Source of the DNA: the human T2T-CHM13v2.0 reference genome, Homo sapiens
Strand: one strand, 5' to 3'
DNA: 64,000 bases
Assembly: GCF_009914755.1 (NCBI RefSeq)
Contig: NC_060926.1
Shown here: positions 30,936-46,424 of the stretch, one piece after another
Layout: each line of letters begins with the position of its first letter
Numbering within the stretch: position 1 is the first letter of the stretch
The notes under the pieces: model-generated
Databases searched by the model: none
Seen by the model: the letters and a program-made list of their open reading frames with translations, nothing else
What the model was told of the DNA's origin: nothing
Position numbers and translations under genes: made by a program

Positions 30936-33859
30936 GTCACAGAAGTTCTTCCTAGCTCTACAAGTTTGTGACTCTAGCTCCACATGGAACCCCATGCATA
31001 ATGAAATAGATACTAATTGTTTTCCAATGTCTTCTTTGAAACCTTAGCCCCTTAAATTACTGAATTATGGAAAATAAGTCTGTTTTACTCTAAGTTTTAA
31101 TCCAAAAAATCCACGTATCACATTCCACCTCCTGATAGAGGATTTTTACCCGCCTGTGAGTAATCAGCTTTGCCCATAGACCAAAGATTGCTGCTTTCTA
31201 AACTGTCCTGAACACTGACAGGTTATGATAGAAAGCAAATATACTATAAACACTGCTAGTGAATATCCCTTATTTGTACATGGCAATTTTGGAACTACTA
31301 CAAAATTAGTAGTTTTTCAGCATCAAAATATAGTTTTTCAGCATCAAAAGCCGAGGTTTTATCTTTGAGTTAAAGACATATATTTATGAACCTCATGTTC
31401 TCACCACCTGGGTGTACCTAAGATCTCTTGTCTTCTGATATCACCATTTCCTTTAATATTTAAATAGAATGTATGACTACCTGTCTCAGATTCTGTGGGA
31501 AATTCAGCCTCCCTATACTCCACCCCCAAATACACAAAGATGGGTGGAGTGCTCATTATATCCTGGTCTGGATTTTTTTTTTTTTTTTTTTTTTTTTTGT
31601 TTTCACTGACTTATCAGTGTTCTCTCTGCTCCCTGTCTTCTGCGTCTTCCGTCTCCTTCCTTTGCAGCATTCCCCATGTGCCTCTGTACCTTAATTCCTC
31701 CAAAGTACTATTTACAAAGTACTGTTATCAGTAAACAAATTTTCCAAGGATTTGGAATAACAAAGAGAATTAGAGTACAGCAAGTAAGATACTATCTTAA
31801 AATATAATATTATACAACATTGTGCTAAAATTTCATCAGTTATACTCTAAGGGTAGAGACATTTCTTTCTGTTTTGTCTGCCTTCCTTCCTTGCTCATTG
31901 TCCTCTTCTCTTTGGCTCTCTAAACCCTTGCCCCCTTTTCTTACTATTTGCTTCTGCCTCCCTATTTCTTTTACTTTCTTATGCAAAATAATTTATCTTT
32001 TGCTCACTGCCCTCTTGTGGGGGAGGGCATGGGGTGGGGAAAGCCTATCATAATCTATATCTGCAGATTTAAAACCTCATTCAGTTGCTCTACTAAACAC
32101 AAGGTCATTGATTCCAGGTCTCTCCTATTTTAATTTAAGGAAATATTGGATATTTTGAAATTATCAGGCTATGTTTTCTTTGTAGAACCAGAATAAAATC
32201 AGAAAGTCACATAGCGTAGCCTAGGACAAACTTAAGTTTCAAGAATTGAAGATCAGCATCAAAAAGTAATTGTAAAAGCACTACGTTTATCTTCACCACA
32301 TAGAAACCATCATTGTGAATACACTCATAACCCACAGCACTGTCTCACCAAACCTCCTTTTCTTCTCCCCAAGTCTGTTGTACCACACAGATGTCCTTGG
32401 GACTTTCACAATTTGAAGTCCAAAATGTCTCCAAAAAGCCCCATTCCTGATAAATTTCCTGTAGCTTTCTTTCTATTTTTCTATTATCCTGCTTCACTAG
32501 TTCTTTCCCTCTACCTATTATTCCAATTGTGCATCACAAACTTTATAAAACTGGACCAAAAAAGGGAAAGAAACTGACAACAATATCCATCCCTAAAGCA
32601 AGTAGTCAGTGGCTATAAATATCTTGATACATACCAATGGTACCCAGAACCACCAGAGAATCTTTAGAAATAAAGCCAAGAATGAACAGAGACCTATTAG
32701 CAAAGAAAAAATCATGGAGGACCATCCAATTAATGCTCATGGCCAGAAGACATATCAAAACAAACACATGAAGCATTAAGACCCAGTAAGTGTCCAATGG
32801 TAAGCCATAAAATATTCAAGAGACAATGAAGGTAGCAAGAGAATTTTGAACTCTTGTCCAGTTCTTGATGTCAACTCTGGTAGTCACAAAATCAAATAAA
32901 CAAAACAAATCTAAGAGGAGGTTGTGTGGAAATTTTCCTGCTGTCCAGCAATTAGCAAAGACCTACATTTGAGGGCAATACATTCTATGTACCCCACATT
33001 CTAAAGAAAGCAGTTGACTGTGAGCACTTGGATTCTAGGTACCTCCACTGGAGCCTTACTAGGAAAGAGCACAGTTGTCCTTACTTCAATCAACTACTGC
33101 TGTCTCCTCCCTCACTCCATCAATAACATTCAAGAAAGGATGAGAAAGGGAACTGAGACATGAATGATGGAAGAAATTATTAGCTTACTACAGAATGCAG
33201 CAATCATGGTTAGAGGCCAAGTGAAGTAGCAGCCTCCAAAGGGAAAATTTTAGTGTCTGGGCTTTAGAGACCTGCAAGAATAGGAGATTGCATCTTCTTC
33301 TCCAACCAAATGATTGCTGGCAGCTTTCCTGGAACTGACCTCATAGTGGAGTAGAACGGAGTAGAAGAGGGAGTTCTTGGAAGGGCATGTCAGATTCCCA
33401 AACGTGTGAGTTGTACATTTCCATAGACACTGACACCTCTGTCTCCTCTGGAGATTTCCAAAGAGAACAGGCTTGCTGAAGTAGCCTGGAGAAGAAAAGA
33501 AGTCCCATGACATGGGGTTCTTGTGAAGAAAATAAGTAATCCTGAACTTCATTTCACTTGTCTTTAACTCTTAGAAGGCAGCAGTTCCCTCGGCTTCACC
33601 TCATTTGAGTAGCAAGAGGAATTGGAACCAATAGACCAAGCAACATTTTCGTCTACATTTTCAAAAGTTTATTCTCTATATTTGTATATTATTCTCCATT
33701 TTTCTTTTTTTCTCTTTCATATTCTCTGGCACTTCTGTTTAATGGTGCCATAACCCATGCATAGGTTGACTATGAGATAATTCAGGATGACCTCCTTCAG
33801 CTTCTTGAGATCACAGATGCAAAACTAGTCCCTGAATGAGTCCACTTGTATGTAGCTCC

Positions 33860-34440
33860 ACCTTCATCTCGACCATCATCATGTCACCTGGAGTTCTCAA
33901 CAGTCTCCAAGAAGTCTTTCTACTTCTAGTCTTGCCCTCTGTCCTCCACATCCTCTCTGTATTGCAGCAAAAGTAATTTTCTTACAACATAAAATGGATC
34001 CTATCTTTTTACTTAGACTAAAATCCAAAATCCTAACTTTCCTTACAATGCGTTCTATGGTCTGGCCTCTGCCTTCCCCTCTGACTTCACCTCCTAGAAC
34101 AAATGGCTTATTGCGTGAATCTCTAACTCTTCTCATACCCCTGACCTCCCTGCTATGTTCCAGCCACAATTTTATTCTTTGAGTTGCTGTCAAATGGGAA
34201 AGCCTTTCTTACTTCAGAGTCTTTGTTCAGTCAGTTTCTTCCATTCTCCTCTCTCTGCATGACTGACTCCTCTTTTGGCATGTCTTAGTTAAGAGTCATC
34301 TCTTTAGAGAGAGTGTCCTTGACAAACAAATCTAAAGTAAACGCTCCCTGCTATTTTCTTCCATAACATCCTGGCAATAGTGGCAGGCAGGGAGATGTTC
34401 ATATTACTGAGCACGGTTTTGACTTGATATTAGAATATAT
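33860..34440 (+). mobile_element. L2 fragment
   Basis: accatcatcatgtcacctgg..aaaatccaaaatcct..tgttccagccaca. Confidence 0.7.
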
Positions 34441-34757
34441 ATTTATTTGCTCAGCTTTTTTTTTTCTCATCCCTAATAAAGTTTAAATTAAATTGAAGAT
34501 TGTTGAGTTTGAAAATACAGGAAGGAGAGACTGTCATGGATTACCCATTGATAGAGGAATGTCCCTGAAAGGTGACAGCACCAGAAGAGTTCTTTCTCAT
34601 GAATAAAAGAAAAGGAAACATGGTAGTTGAGATGTAAATATGTCTGTCAGTGGAGGTGTTGGAGAAAGGGACGAGAATCTTATAAAGGAATCCCAGCTGA
34701 TAACCTCTCTCTTCAGTGAAGTAGGAAATAAGAATGTGTGTCAAAATAGCAAGGCCC

Positions 34758-35194
<437 letters not shown>

Positions 35195-35690
35195 TTAACC
35201 ATTTGATAAATATATTGAGTCCAACACAGTATCAGGCACTATATTTATTTCCAGCATCACAAAGACAACCAGGCATCAACTTGTTAAACATCCCCAGGAT
35301 TTGAAGTGGAGGAGCTGACTGTGCAGGATCCACAGTATCCAAACATCCCAGCTACCTCACTTTCTTTCTTCTAGCTCTGGTCAGAAATAAGGCTATGGCA
35401 AGTGACCTTTCCTTGCTCAGGGCGGCTTCCTATATTTTATGAAAGTTCCATGCCAGGGATTTTTTGTATGGAATCCATAAGTCTCTCATTACATGAGCTT
35501 GTGTTGTTTGAAGATTTTGCAAAATATTCCTATTACTCATTTATAGACCTATGCCTCCTACCATCTCCACAGGGCACAGGGGCCTCTAGGTGTATGTCAC
35601 CCTAGGATGAGGAACAAAGATTATCTCATAATGTCCTAAGATAGATATCTAAACTAAATTATAATAACAATACTCAGTTCATCAAAGTAA

Positions 35691-36129
<439 letters not shown>

Positions 36130-37489
36130 AAACCTAATATTTTTAAATGAATAACACTTATACAAGTTCTTCTATAATCTGGCCACCACTTTACCTGTTC
36201 AACCAATCTCAGATTTGCTGCAGCCTAGGTTAATTCCTCCTAGACTCCTGAACAAGTCAAACCCATTTCTATGGCTGAAGCCATATGGTGCCAGCCTGGA
36301 CCTCCCTCTTCACTTCTCTTTTTATTTGTGAAGCCTACCTATTATTCACATTTCATCACAAGCCCCATATTTTTAAGATTCCAAACAGAGATTATCTAAA
36401 AATTCTATAATACCTAAAATTGCTTAATATATATTTTAATAATTAAAGTTTAAATTGAGGGTTCAAAGTTTAACAGATAAACTTCCAAAACCTCACCAAA
36501 AAAATAATAACAACAAAATTATACAAATCTTGAAAATTTAAGGCTTCTGATGTTGGGTAAGTAGTCTCAGAGTAAGATTTTTTAAAATAAAATTAAAAAT
36601 CAAAAGACCAAAAAAAAAAAAAAAAAACACCTAAAGTTTAAAAAGAGGACATGTTTAGTTTAGACCTTTTCGCTAAAAGTTAAAGAAGTATTAGAATTAT
36701 GTTATTTAATTTAACAGAAATCTTATGAAAGTTCATCAAAAGGGCCACACCAACACTCAGAAATCGCTAGGATTCTGTTGATTCAGATGGCTTATTCCAT
36801 CTCTCAGGAATGCAAGTCAATAATGGCAGCATGAGGGATGAGGTGATCTACCCATAAACACAGGGCTCTGATTCAGCCTGAATGTTAGTGATTTTAATGC
36901 CAGACACATCCACTTTCAGCTGGAGGGTATTTGTTGAGAGCTGCCGTGGAGAATGCTCACACTTAGAAAAAAATGCACACCCTTAGCAACCACTAATGAA
37001 TAAAATACAAACCCACAGATGAGAATTTGGAAATTGTAAAAACCAATATGATTTGGTATTTTGAAGTAATTCCAGATATACAAACAAAAATAGATCTAGC
37101 AAGACCAGCTGGATTCTACAGGTATCATTCAAGCCACTCTCCCTTTGTGATACTTGGGAATTTTGCCCAAGCAAGCTCTGGGAGTTCAAATTGTATTTTT
37201 TAAAATTCTTGGACTCTCTTCTTTACGGTATGTGAACAGCCTTTTGCAGTGGGAATTTCTTGGTTTGGTGCATTAAAACCTATGCCACGCCAACTGGAAT
37301 TTGTCTGTGGAAAGAGGATATCCACTACTGAGAAAAATATCAGCAAATGAGAAAGTAGCTAGAGTCTGCCCCAGTACTTCTGATCACTTCTACTCTGGAC
37401 GTTTGGTCCAAATTACTGACTACGTCACAGAGATAACAGAGACTGAAGTTGAAGAAAGGATAAGGGAAGGCCCTTGTCACTAAATTGTA

Positions 37490-38010
37490 AACAGAAGTCC
37501 TGCCTTTCACTTCCACTTTTACCACTTATAATGCCTGTGAAAGAAGTGGACAAATCATATTACCAATTTGAGTCTCATTCTCCCCACTGTTAAAGCAGGG
37601 ACTCAAATGATTGCTTTGCCACAACCCATTCAACATTCGTTGAGCACTTACTATGTGCCAGGACAGTCGAGGATGTTATGCTAGGTACAATCCCTATTTC
37701 CAGGCAGCTTATAATTTCTTCGGAGAGGAAGATAAACAACTGGATATGCAAACAACATGTAAGTACCTGACAGAAATCATCATAAAGAAAAAGTATGGAC
37801 AACAAATTAAAAAGGATAACAGAAAGATGTAACTTAATCTGGGAGGTCAAAGAATATCCCATTAGGGAATGACACGTAAGCAAAAGGGGTGAGAAGGTAC
37901 AGGGTGGGGAGAACATTCCAAGGCCAGAGCATGTGTGAGGCCTCAAGGCAAGGAGGAGTTTGATGTGGTCCAAGAACAGCAAGAAGTCTTAAGTGGCTAC
38001 ATTGAGGGGG
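37490..38010. mobile_element. MIR (+, ~37490-37620) followed by L2 (-, ~37625-38010)
   Basis: accacttataatgcctgtga; ttgagcacttactatgtgccagg. Confidence 0.65.
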
Positions 38011-39726
38011 AGAGTGGCAGAAGATAAGGCTCATAGTGTTATTACAAGAATTAAAGGAGAAATGTGTATGAACATGCTTTTCAGAGTACAAAGCCCTGTA
38101 CCACTGTGAGAATTAACAGTCATCAGGATTTCAGGCATACTGCCCTTGGCAGAAGAAGCAGGTCAAAAAGAAAAAAAAAAAAAACACTTGAACACAGGTG
38201 TTACTTTTATTCCACCCTTCTTAAATTGACTATTTTTCTCATCTTTGTTATCAACCGAAGATTTTCAATTTGCACTGATGCCAGAAGTCTTAAAATAAGA
38301 CCTTATTATTTCTCCTTCATATGCCAAACTGGGCTTCTTGAAAGCCAGAACACAATATTACTGAAGCTTTTTTATGTCTAAGGAACAGAAAATCTGGGAC
38401 CTGAAAAGCCAGAATTTCTTTATATTTCTATCTGTGACACACAGCGCCACACTGGAAAACAAAAGGAGAAAAGCTAGACCCTCCCTGTACCCTCTGTTTC
38501 CTTCACTTCTGCCACTTATTTTCCAGTGATTTTTTAAAAGCAGAATGTGAGAGAAATTTGCTCACTCATTTATTCATTTGCTCACTCATTTATTCACTCA
38601 TTCAGTAAGCAAATATTTACTGAATACCTGTCTATCCCTGCAGATGTTTACCACAGGAATTCCAGAGACTCATGTTTATTAGACTTATTTAGTTTGACAA
38701 GTATCCACAGGACCTGGGGCAGATTCCCATTTAAATTATCATCTGATTTTTTTTTTTTTTTTTTTACATAAACGTGTTGTTAACCTATAAGGATGTTTCA
38801 GATTCCAGCTTTCTGGACAGGGCCCAGGAACTGGCTATCTGGCAATAAAAAAGTTTAAGAGTCAATGTTCAAGGAGGAAGGAATGAGAAAGAGCAAGAAA
38901 GAAAGAGAGAGGCCAGAGGGGAGAAATAGGACATCGGCATCGGTGAGAGGTGAGCCGGATGTACACACAGGGTACACCGAAGACAGTATACGTGGACAGT
39001 GAATGTAGACATGAGCTCACTTCTCTTCTCTAAAGAGTGTATCAGGAGATAGCCTTGCTTGGAAGAGAATCTTAAACCAAAGTCATCAATAAAGCTTATG
39101 CCTACTTCAATAAGTGCTGTCTCCAAACCATTTTGTCTTCTGTCTCCCGAACACTGAATACCTTGGGAAAACTGAGCCGACAGTGATGCATAACAAGGTA
39201 TTATTAAATAGGCAATGGTTGCAATGAGAAACAGGATAAAAGGAGTACTTTAGAAAAGTTCCACATAAGAAAAGATACGGAATGAAGGACAGACGAATTA
39301 CCATTAATGTGGCTGAGGAAAATTGGAAATGAGATGCTGTTTCTGGAAGATGAATATAAAATATTTTGGATTTTAGCTGTAGATGGTAAAGCTGATTTTC
39401 AATTGAACTGTCTAGAAAACGACAAGAAACATAGAGATTTAGAATAGTTAATAAATTGTAGAAAAACTTTTCAGAATTTAAAACATTTTTTCACATAAGG
39501 TATCATTGCACTTCATCAGCCAAACAGTTTTTGTACATATATGATTCTGGAATTAATGGGGGGAATACTGGCTACATATATAACCAGTCATTTGTTGTAT
39601 TTTTTTCCATAAAGAAAAATAAACAATAACGTGAAGCATGGAAATTAACAAAGAACTGTTAAAGAGGAATGCCAAGAGCTAAGAGCTAAGCTCTTGACAC
39701 AAGTCTAATTTAAGAAATTTTTTCTT

Positions 39727-39825
39727 GGTTTGGGGGCAGTAGCTCACACCTGCCTGTAAACTCAGCACATTATGAAGCCACAGTGGGAGGATCACTTGAG
39801 GTCAGAATTTAAGACCAGTCTGGGC
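39727..39825 (+). mobile_element. Degenerate FLAM/Alu monomer
   Basis: gggaggatcacttgaggtcag..gaccagtctgggc. Confidence 0.8.
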
Positions 39826-40286
39826 TCTTAAAAAAGGGATACTTCTATATTCCATATGATATAAAGCAAAAAGAAATAGAAATTTAGTAATAATACTGTA
39901 AAATAAGTTTCTAAAGGAGACACAAAAAGGCTATTATAAATAAACACCTCACACATACTTTATAGAACTCCTTTCCTAAGCTCTGTAAAGATGTTTAAAA
40001 TAGGAAATCTAAGAAAAAAACCAATAGTTCTACCCCCTGATTTCTCCTTTGCTTTGCCATTTTTTAATATATCAGTCATCCATTGCTCTTTTTTTAGTTA
40101 TACAACCAATATAAATGGTGCTGAGGACTCAATTATATTCATTTCACTATTTGTTCCAAATTATAATTTTGACTAATTAAAATTAGCTTAAAAATTAGAT
40201 TAAATGTTCCCTGAAAATCACCACCACCACCATTACCACCACACCCACCACTTGTGTCAAAAATGCTTTCAGTAAAATTTACCAGG

Positions 40287-40664
40287 ACATATGGTTTGGC
40301 TCTGTGTCCCCACCTGAATCTCCTCTTGGATTGTAATCCCCATAATCCCCACATGTTGAGGGTGAAACCTGATGGGAGGTTATTGGATCATGGGGCAGTT
40401 CCCCCATGCTGTTCTCATGATAGTAAGTGAGTTCTCACGAGATCTGCTGGTTTTATGTGTCTGACAGCTCCTCTTCACACTCTCACTCACTCCTGCTGTG
40501 ATATGAGAAGGTCCAAGCTTGCTTCCCCTTCCCCTTCTGCTATGATTGTAAGTTTCCTGAGGCCTCCCAGCCATGCTGAACTGTGAGTCAATTAAACCTC
40601 TTTCCTTTATAAATTACCCAGTCTCCGGTATTTCTTTATAGCAGTGTGAAAATTGACGAATACA
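40287..40664 (+). mobile_element. MaLR MSTA/THE1D-like solo LTR
   Basis: atatggtttggctctgtgtcccc..aataca; TSD ccagg at 40282-40286 and 40665-40669. Confidence 0.92.
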
Positions 40665-41017
40665 CCAGGTCAATGTTAAAATGAGATTAAAGCAATGAGA
40701 AAAGCCTAAAGTCCTTACTGCTAAAAGAGAATGGTCACTGTCAGTCTCCTCTGGACTCATGTTAAATATTTATCTAATTGGAAAAGCCAATAGTTAAGAA
40801 AAAAGGTTCATTTGTAAAAGTAGAAAAATTTAAAGGGCAAACTGTTTCATATTTAAAGACTCATTTTGTCTCCTCGCCTAATTATAGACTTGAGGAATCA
40901 CTGTCAGATAGGCCTATAAAGCAGTCTTAAGTGCTAGGTCTAGGTAGCTGTGGATTGTGATAGAAGAAAAATTACTTATATGTATAAATGGTTCCCTTAT
41001 GCAAAGACAATAAAAGG

Positions 41018-41400
41018 CAACTTAGTCTGTTTTGGGGTTACTATAACAGAATGCTGCAGACTGGGTAATTTATAGATATATTATTTCTCACAATTCTGGA
41101 GGCTGAGAAGTCCAAGGTTGAGGTGCCCAAATCTAGCAAGGGTCTTCATGCTGGGTCATGCCATGGTGAAAGGAAGAAGGGCAGGAGAGGGAAAAAGAGA
41201 AATAAGGGCAAAATTCATCCTTTTTATCAGGAACTCATTCCTGGGATGAATAACCTCTTCTCATCCAAAACAGCATTAATTCATTTACAAGGATAAAGCC
41301 CTCTTGGCCTAATCACCTCTTAATAGTTTTATCTCTTAATACCATCACAATGGCAACTAATTTGCAACATGAGTTCTTCAGGAACATTCAAACCATGGCA
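41018..41400 (-). mobile_element. MaLR MST/MLT1A-type LTR
   Basis: gactgggtaattta..tttctcacaattctggaggctgagaagtccaag..acattcaaaccatggca. Confidence 0.85.
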
Positions 41401-41780
41401 ATAGGCATGAAACTTTGCTAAAGGTATTTACCTATCAACCAGATATATTTAGAAAATGGAGAGCAATTGTGTGACAATTTCCCCCCACATCATCAAATTA
41501 CCCATTCAACTCAATCTTATAATTGAAAATTTTAAAAAAAACTATAGTTATTTATTATTGATGAAGTATCTTCCTGACCTTTCTCATCAAAAGTTGACTT
41601 CTCCAAACAAAAAAGCACACTGCCATTCCCCAGTTCCAGGCTTTATTCTCTCTGATTTAGACAATTTAAATAATGCCCTAATTTATTTATCTTTCTCCAA
41701 TCTTTTTCTCTGTAATCCATGCTTCACAGTGTCAGAGTATCTAGTTTCCCAAAACACAAATGTAACTTAAGAATTTTCTG

Positions 41781-42435
<655 letters not shown>

Positions 42436-43509
42436 TCACATACCTGCCTACTACATAGTTACCCCTTCCTACCTCACCTGCTTTCCACCATTTGTGTCTC
42501 TGCCAATCAACCCTCTTGAACACTCCACTTGCTCCCAAACCCTGGAGCCTCTGCTCTTCCATTCCCTTTGCCTGGAATATCCTTCTCCTCACTTGCACCT
42601 GTCAAAACCTTACTCCTCCTTCACAAATGGAATTTCTGTACCTCCTCTCTCATCCTCAGAGCCTTTAATATGTCAATCCCTTTTGTGTACTTCATCTTTA
42701 AATGTTTGTTTTTTGTTGTTGTTTGGGACATGCCAAGTAACCTTTATTCCCAGTGTGCCACATAACAAGACGCTGCAAAATACCCTTCTGGAGATCTTAC
42801 TTAAGGCACATTATGTAAGTTTTGTTTGTTTTGTTTTGTTTTTTTTTACCTTATTTCTACCTACCTCATGTCCCCCAGAAAGGCTCTCTGATCCTTGAAA
42901 TGAAATTCGTTCCTTCTGTGTAAACCCCAGTGCTTGCACAGGTTCGACACTCAAGTATTTGTTGGATTGTATTGATGTGAAAACATCTGCATTGGCAAGA
43001 TGATCAATTCAAGCTAATTTATAGTCATAGGAGGTTCCCATAGAACAGCTCTTGAAGACCATCCAGTCTAAAGCTTTTCAAACTTTTATTTTGTTTTGTT
43101 TTGTTTTCCTTTCTTTTTTTAGTAAAACAATCCTGTTTTCAACAAGGAGTTTATTTGAAAGCCCAAGATGTGGAGCATATAAACACCATTCATGTTCAAG
43201 CTGGGGGAGCCCAGATATGTGCTTCCAAACCCCTTTCCCTGCCATTATAGGGCCTCAGAAAAACACAATTCAAAATCACTTTACAAAAACTAAGAAATAC
43301 AGGGGAAGAAGATAATACTCAGACATCATGCTATTCCTAAGTTTTATCAGAAGCAGACAGTGAGTGCTATGTATTGTCAAGTGAAATGAGTTCTGGGATT
43401 ATGTGAACTATCTTGTGACTTGTCAGGAGCTAATTAGATGATTTCTAACAACCGCCAGTCTCTCATAGTCTTATTAAAAAATTATTCTAGAGAGTGACTT
43501 GCTTTTAGA

Positions 43510-43750
43510 TAATGCATTGCAATGTTTATGTGCCCAGCTCTGGAGTCAGGTTGCCTGGTTCTACCAACTTTCGGTTCTACCGCTTACTAGCTGTATGACA
43601 AGTTACTTAGGCTCTCTCCTTCTCAATCTCCTCCTTTATAAAATTGGGCAATAATCGTACCGACTTCACAGGTTTTTGGTAAGTACTCAATAAGGTAATA
43701 CAACTATGAACTTAAAACAGCTACTATAGTAAATGTTCAGTTAATATACA
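43510..43750 (+). mobile_element. MIR
   Basis: gctctggagtcagg..cttactagctgtatgac..aaattgggcaataat. Confidence 0.8.
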
Positions 43751-44767
43751 GAGATTCGTTAAGGGCCATGGTGAGAAAGGCAAATGGAACATATCACAGG
43801 TGCCACAAGCTGAATTTGGTGCTTCTCAAATGAAAAATATGGTGTACCCATTTAGATTGCAGATATTGACCTGCTATTTAAAGTGGGCATTGCCTATTTT
43901 ACTAATCCAAGGAATCTGCCAACTGGTTTATTCTCTTCTGTTTAAAGTAAAACATCAAATGATACTACAAAAATTTAATGCATATAGGCACATTTAAAAT
44001 GCTAGCAGTCTTGCTAAGTAACAACATAGTTATCCAAGCATTCACTAGATGCTTTTGTTCTCTAATCATGGAGATTTCTTTCTGTCAGGAAACCTTACCT
44101 GTCTTTCAGGTAGAACTATTCTGCCTATTCCTAAACACTAGCTGAATTACTTTGTATCACTCCAAAAGCAGGCCCTAGAACACAGTAGAACAAACATCTA
44201 CCAGGAAAAAGTAGAAATCTTAAAGAAAAACCTGAAATGGGCACGACAGGAAACTTACTCCTGGTAAGGTAATCTGAAAATAAAACATCCTGGTGACCTT
44301 GTCATTGGGAAGACAAATAAAAAGTTATTTTAGAGCTACCTATTAAATTATTTCACTGAACTGGAAAAGCAAAGTAAAAACATGCATAAAAAAATAAAGG
44401 GAAGTGATTAGATGGTGGTCACCATTGCCCATTTCAGAATCCCATTCCATAGTGGCCAGTTGGGCCACCAGATGTTTCGGCAGAGCTGATGTAAAGTCCT
44501 TGCTGTCCCTAATGCCCAGACTCACTGCAGAGGCTCAGCACAATCCTGAGAGTGTGAGAAGTCAGAGCAGACTGCCCTTCTGGAGTGCCTTTAGGTGACC
44601 CAAACAATTGTGGTGTGGACCACGTTTGGAATCAGGAGATGAAAGCCTCTTCTAGCACATGAATTAAGACAACCAGAGGCTCACCTCCATCAGAAGGGCC
44701 CACAAACCAGTGGTTCTCAAATATAAAAATGCAAAAGAGTTGCCTTAGTTTATTAAAATGCATAATC

Positions 44768-44966
44768 TGTGTTGGAATAAAGGGAGTGACCTCTTTTTAA
44801 TGTTTGACACTTGACAGCTTTTAGATCCCCAACCTCCCTGCCTGCCCCATATTTGGGCAGCCACATTTAGAGGACCCACATGTGCCAATCATCACCTGGT
44901 GCTGGAGGGGAGTTCACATTTCACAAATCCCTAGCCCTTGCTCCAAATTCTTCCCTAACCCACTTC
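44768..44966 (+). mobile_element. ERVL LTR (MER54/MER74-like), probably split by LTR12 and resuming ~46429-46480
   Basis: gtttgacacttgacagcttt..ctgccccatatttgggca. Confidence 0.45.
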
Positions 44967-44970
44967 ATCG

Positions 44971-46424
44971 TGTGTCCGGAATTGGTGGGTTCTTGGTCTC
45001 GCTGACTTCAAGAATGAAGCCGTGGACCCTCGCGGTCAGTGTTACAGTTCTTAAAGATGGTGTGTCCAGAGTTTGTTCCTTCAGATGTTCAGATGTGTCC
45101 AGAGTTTCTTCCTTCTGGTGGCCTCGTGGTCTCGCTGGCTTCAGGAGTGAAACTGCAGACCTTCGCGGTGAGTGTTACAGCTCACAAAGGCAGTGCGCAC
45201 CCAAAGAGTGAGCAGCAGCAAGATTTATCGCGAAGAGCAAGAGAACAAAGCTTCCACCAAGCAGAGATCGTTACTGCTGCTGACTTGGGCAGCCTGCTTT
45301 TATTCACTTATCTGACCCCACCCACATTCTGCTGATTGGTCTGTTTTACAGAGAGCTGATTGGTCCGTTTTGACAAGGGGCTGATTGGTGCATTCACAAA
45401 CCTTGAGCTAGACACAGAGTGCTGATTGGTGCATTTACAATCCCTTAGCTACACACAAATTTCTCCAAGTCTGCACTAGATTAGCTAGACACAGAGCACT
45501 GATTGGTGCCTTTACAAACCTTGAGCTAGACACAGGGTGCTGATTTGTGCATTTACAACCCTCCAGCTAGACATAGAAGTTCTCCAAGTCCCCACCAGAT
45601 AAACTAGACACAGAGCACAGATTGGTGCGGTTACAATCCTTTAGCTAGACATAAAAGTTCTCGGAGTCCCCACCAGATTAGCTAGATACAGAGTGCTGAT
45701 TGGTGCATCCACAAACTCCGAGCTAGATGCAGAGTGCTGATTGGCACATATACAATCCTCCAGCTAGACATAAAAGTTCTCCAAGTCCCCACCCCACTCA
45801 GGAGCCCAGCTGGCTTCCCCTAGTGGATCCTGCGCTGGGGCCGCAGGCGGAGCTGCTCACCAGTCCGGCGCCACGCGCCCGCACTCGTCAGCCCTTGGGC
45901 GGTGGATGGGACTGGCCCCGCGGAGCAGGGGGAGATGCCCGTTGGGGAGGGTAGGGCCGTGTGGGAGCCCACGACGGGGCGGGGGAGGCTTGGGCATGGC
46001 GGGCTGCAGGTCTGGAGCCCTGCCCCACGGGGAGGCAGCTGAGGCCCAGCGAGAATTCGAGCGTGGCACCCATGGGCCGGCACTGCTGGGGGCCCGCTGC
46101 ACCCTCCGTAGTTGCTGAACCAGGTGCTAAGCCTCTCACTGCACGGACCAGCAGCGCCGGCCTGCCACTCTAAGTGCAGGGCCACTGAGCCCGTGCCCAC
46201 CCGGAACTCGAGCTGGCCTGCGACCGCCGCGCAGCCGGGTTCCGCCTGCGCCTCTCCCTCCACACCTCCCTGCAAGCAGAGGGAGCCAGCTCTGGCCTTG
46301 GCCAGCCCAGAGAGGGGCTCCCACAGTGCAGTGCCGAGCTTCGGGAAGCTCGGCCAGAGTGGACGCCATGGCCTGAGGAGGTGCCAAGAGCGATCAAGGG
46401 CTGATAGCACGTTGTCATCTCTCA
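44971..46424 (-). mobile_element. LTR12 (ERV9/HERV9) solo LTR, ~1.45 kb
   Basis: Minus strand runs tgagagatgacaacgtgct..aagaacccaccaattccggacaca; tandem CCAAT repeats; CpG-rich U3; 4-bp TSD atcg/atag. Confidence 0.96.

Noticed and set aside
38440-38460. CTCF-like gtggcgct on the minus strand
   Set aside because: Only the 3' half of the core matches
38945-39025. Weak hairpin closed by gagaggtgagc/gctcacttctc
   Set aside because: Pairing beyond the outer 11 bp is poor and irregular
45330-45790. Regularly spaced repeats superficially like a CRISPR array
   Set aside because: These are the known LTR12 U3 tandem CCAAT repeats; the spacers are themselves repetitive and the DNA is human
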